NCBI RefSeq assembly: GCF_044704955.1
Contig: NW_027251199.1
Location: 1-60,399, forward strand
Source: Pristiophorus japonicus
Taxonomy: Eukaryota
DNA length: 60,399 bases
Direction of reading: 5' to 3'
Part shown: in pieces, positions 58,215 through 60,399 of the stretch
Numbering within the stretch: the first letter of the stretch is position 1
Layout: each line of letters starts with the position of its first letter
The notes under the pieces: generated by a model
Told to the model about the DNA's origin: nothing
Seen by the model: only the letters and a program-made list of their open reading frames with translations
The model's database searches: none
Position numbers and translations under genes: made by a program

Positions 58215-60399
58215 TCTCACCGTCCTTTGCCCCAAGCCCCCACTGTGCTTTGCCCCAAGCTCCCCCCGCCCCACACCGTCCTTTGCTCCTTTGTCCCAGG
58301 CTCTCCCCCCCCATCGTCCTTCGCCCCAAGCCCCCCCCCCCATCGTCCTTCGCCCCCCCCCCCATCGTCCTTCGCCCCCCCCCCCATCGTCCTTCGCCCC
58401 AAGCCCCCCCCCCATCGTCCTTCGCCCCCCCCCCCCATCGTCCTTCGCCCCAAGCCCCCCCCCCCCATCGTCCTTCGCCCCAAGCCCCCCCCCCCATCGT
58501 CCTTCGCCCCAAGCCCCCCCCCCCCCATCGTCCTTCGCCCCAAGCCCCCCCCCCCCATCGTCCTTCGCCCCAAGCCCCCCCCCCATCGTCCTTTGCCCCA
58601 AGCCCCCCCATCGTCCTTTGCCCCGCCCCCCCATCGTTCTTTGCCTCAAGCCCCCCCCATCGTCCTTTACCCCAAGCCCCCCCCCATCGTCCTTTGCCCC
58701 AAGCCCCCCCCATCATCCTTTGCCCCAAGCCCCCCCATCGTCCTTTGCCCAAGCCCCCCCCCCATTGTCCTTTGCCCCAAGCCCCCCCCATCATCGTCCT
58801 TTGCCCCAAGCCCCCCCCCATCATCGTCCTTTGCCCAAGCCCCCCCATCGTCCTTTGCCCCAAGCCCCCCCATCGTCCTTGCCCCAAGCCCCCCCCCATC
58901 GTCCTTTGCCCCAAGCCCCCCCCATCGTCCTTTGCCCCAAGCCCCCCCCCCCATCGTCCTTTGCCCCAAGCCCCCCCCATCGTCCTTTGCCCCAAGCCCC
59001 CCCCCATCGTCCTTTGCCCCAAGCCCCCCCCATCGTCCTTTGCCCCAAGCCCCCCCCCATCGTCCTTTGCCCCAAACCGTCCTTTGCTCCTTTGTCCAAG
59101 CTCTCTCCCCCCCCCCCCCCGCCACCGTCCTTTGCTCCAAGCCCCCCCCCCATCGTCCTTTGCCCCAAGGCCCCCCCATCGTCCTTTGCCCCAAGCCCCC
59201 CCCCCCCCGCCCTTTGCCCTAACCCCCCCCCCCCGCCCCTTTGCCCCAACCCCCCCCCGCCCTTTGCCCCAACCCCCCCCCCCCGCCCTTTGCCCCAACA
59301 CCCCCCCGCCCTTTGCTCCAAGCCCCCCTCCCCCCCGTCCTTTGCCCAAGCCCCCCTCCCCCGTCCTTTGCCCCAAGCCCCCCTCCCCCCGTCCTTTGCC
59401 ACAAGCCCCCCTCCCCCCCCGTCCTTTGCCCCACGCCCCCCTCCCCCGTTCCTTTGCCCAAGCCCCCCTCCCCCCGTCCTTTGCCCCAAGCCCCCCCCCC
59501 TCCCCCGTCCTTTGCCCCAAGCCCCCCTCCCCTCGTCCTTTGCCCCAAGCCCCCCGCCCCCCGTCCTTTGCCCCAAGACCCCCTCCACCCGTCCTTTGCC
59601 CCAAGCACTCTGACCTCCGTCCTTTGCCCAAAGGCCCCCTCCCCCCCGTCCTTTGCCCCAAGGCCCCCTCCCCCCCGTCCTTTGCCCCAAGCCCTCTCAC
59701 CCCGTCCTTTGCCCCAAGCCCTCTCACCCCGTCCTTTGCCCCCTCCCCGTCCTTTGCCCCCTCCCCCGTCCTTTGCCCCCTCCCCCCGTCCTTTGCCCCT
59801 TTTGCCACCTCACCCGTCCTTTGCCCCAAGCCCCTCCCCCCCCGTCCTTTGCCCCAAGCCCCTCCCCCGTCCTTTGCCCCAAGCCCCTCCCCCCGTCCTT
59901 TGCCCCAAGCCCATCCCTCCCGTCCTTTGCCCCAAACCCCCTCCGTCCTTTGCCCCAAGCCCCCCCAACCGGTCCTCCCCCATCTCTCCAGCCCTGCGTT
60001 CCCTCCCTACCCCACCTCTGCGTTCCCTCCCTACCCCACCCCTGCATTCCCCCGCCAGCCTTGCATCCCCCGCCTCCCCTCCAGTCCTGCCCCCTGCCCC
60101 CCCCCACCGGTCCTGCTCCCCCAGTCCTGCCCCCCCCCTCCTGCCCCCTCCCGTCCTGCCCCCTCACCCCCTCCTGTCCTGCCCCCTCCCCCCCTCCTGT
60201 CCTGCCCCCTCCCCCCCTCCTGTCCTGCCCCCTCCCACCCTCCTGTCCTGCCCCCTCCCCCCCTCCTGTCCTGCACCCTCCCCCCCTCCTGTCCTGCCCC
60301 CTCACCCCCTCCTGTCCTGCCCCCTTCCCCCCCCCCCGTCCTGTCCTGCCTCCTCGCTACCCCCTCCTGTCCTGTCCCCTCCCTCCCCCCTCCTGTCCT
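58215..60399. repeat. C-rich minisatellite complex: (C)nATCGTCCTTYGCCCCAAG units, then CCTCCTGTCCTGCCCC units
   Basis: More than 2 kb of tandem units with variable C-runs; its ORFs are poly-Gly/poly-Pro artefacts. Confidence 0.95.

Noticed and set aside
58068-60305. Gly-rich and Pro-rich ORFs up to 621 aa
   Set aside because: Minisatellite artefacts, open in many frames

Overview
Eukaryotic, repeat-rich vertebrate DNA. The HER1/CR1-type LINEs, HE1-like SINE ends, Deu-type SINEs and RTE elements point to a cartilaginous fish (shark); this is an inference. Four host genes can be read by splicing exons by eye. (1) Coding exon 1 of a BTB-BACK-Kelch gene (- strand, 4128-5052) with a CArG/E-box/MEF2 proximal promoter. 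(2) A complete CDC42 small effector (CDC42SE2-like, 86 aa, + strand) with its CpG-island promoter at about 20.6-21.15 kb. (3) The complete LSM7 gene (- strand, 103 aa, 4 exons). (4) Probable exon 1 of SPPL2B, head-to-head with LSM7 as in human 19p13.3. Mobile DNA includes a full-length but disrupted Gypsy provirus (15253-19968, 5-bp TSD) nested in an RTE LINE, many CR1/L2/RTE fragments, a solo LTR, two MITE-like elements and a 4.5-kb 31/32-bp satellite with higher-order structure. The most unusual element is an old, pol-deleted endogenous retrovirus-like provirus (48919-53895) with a GTATT TSD, a tRNA-Ser PBS, a gag start and an integrase GPY/F remnant. It carries two tandem, mutually homologous, degraded env-like genes of non-gamma type, possibly lokiretrovirus/F-protein-like. 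Most long ORFs in the supplied track at 30-710, 38965-40392 and 58068-60305 are artefacts of tandem repeats.
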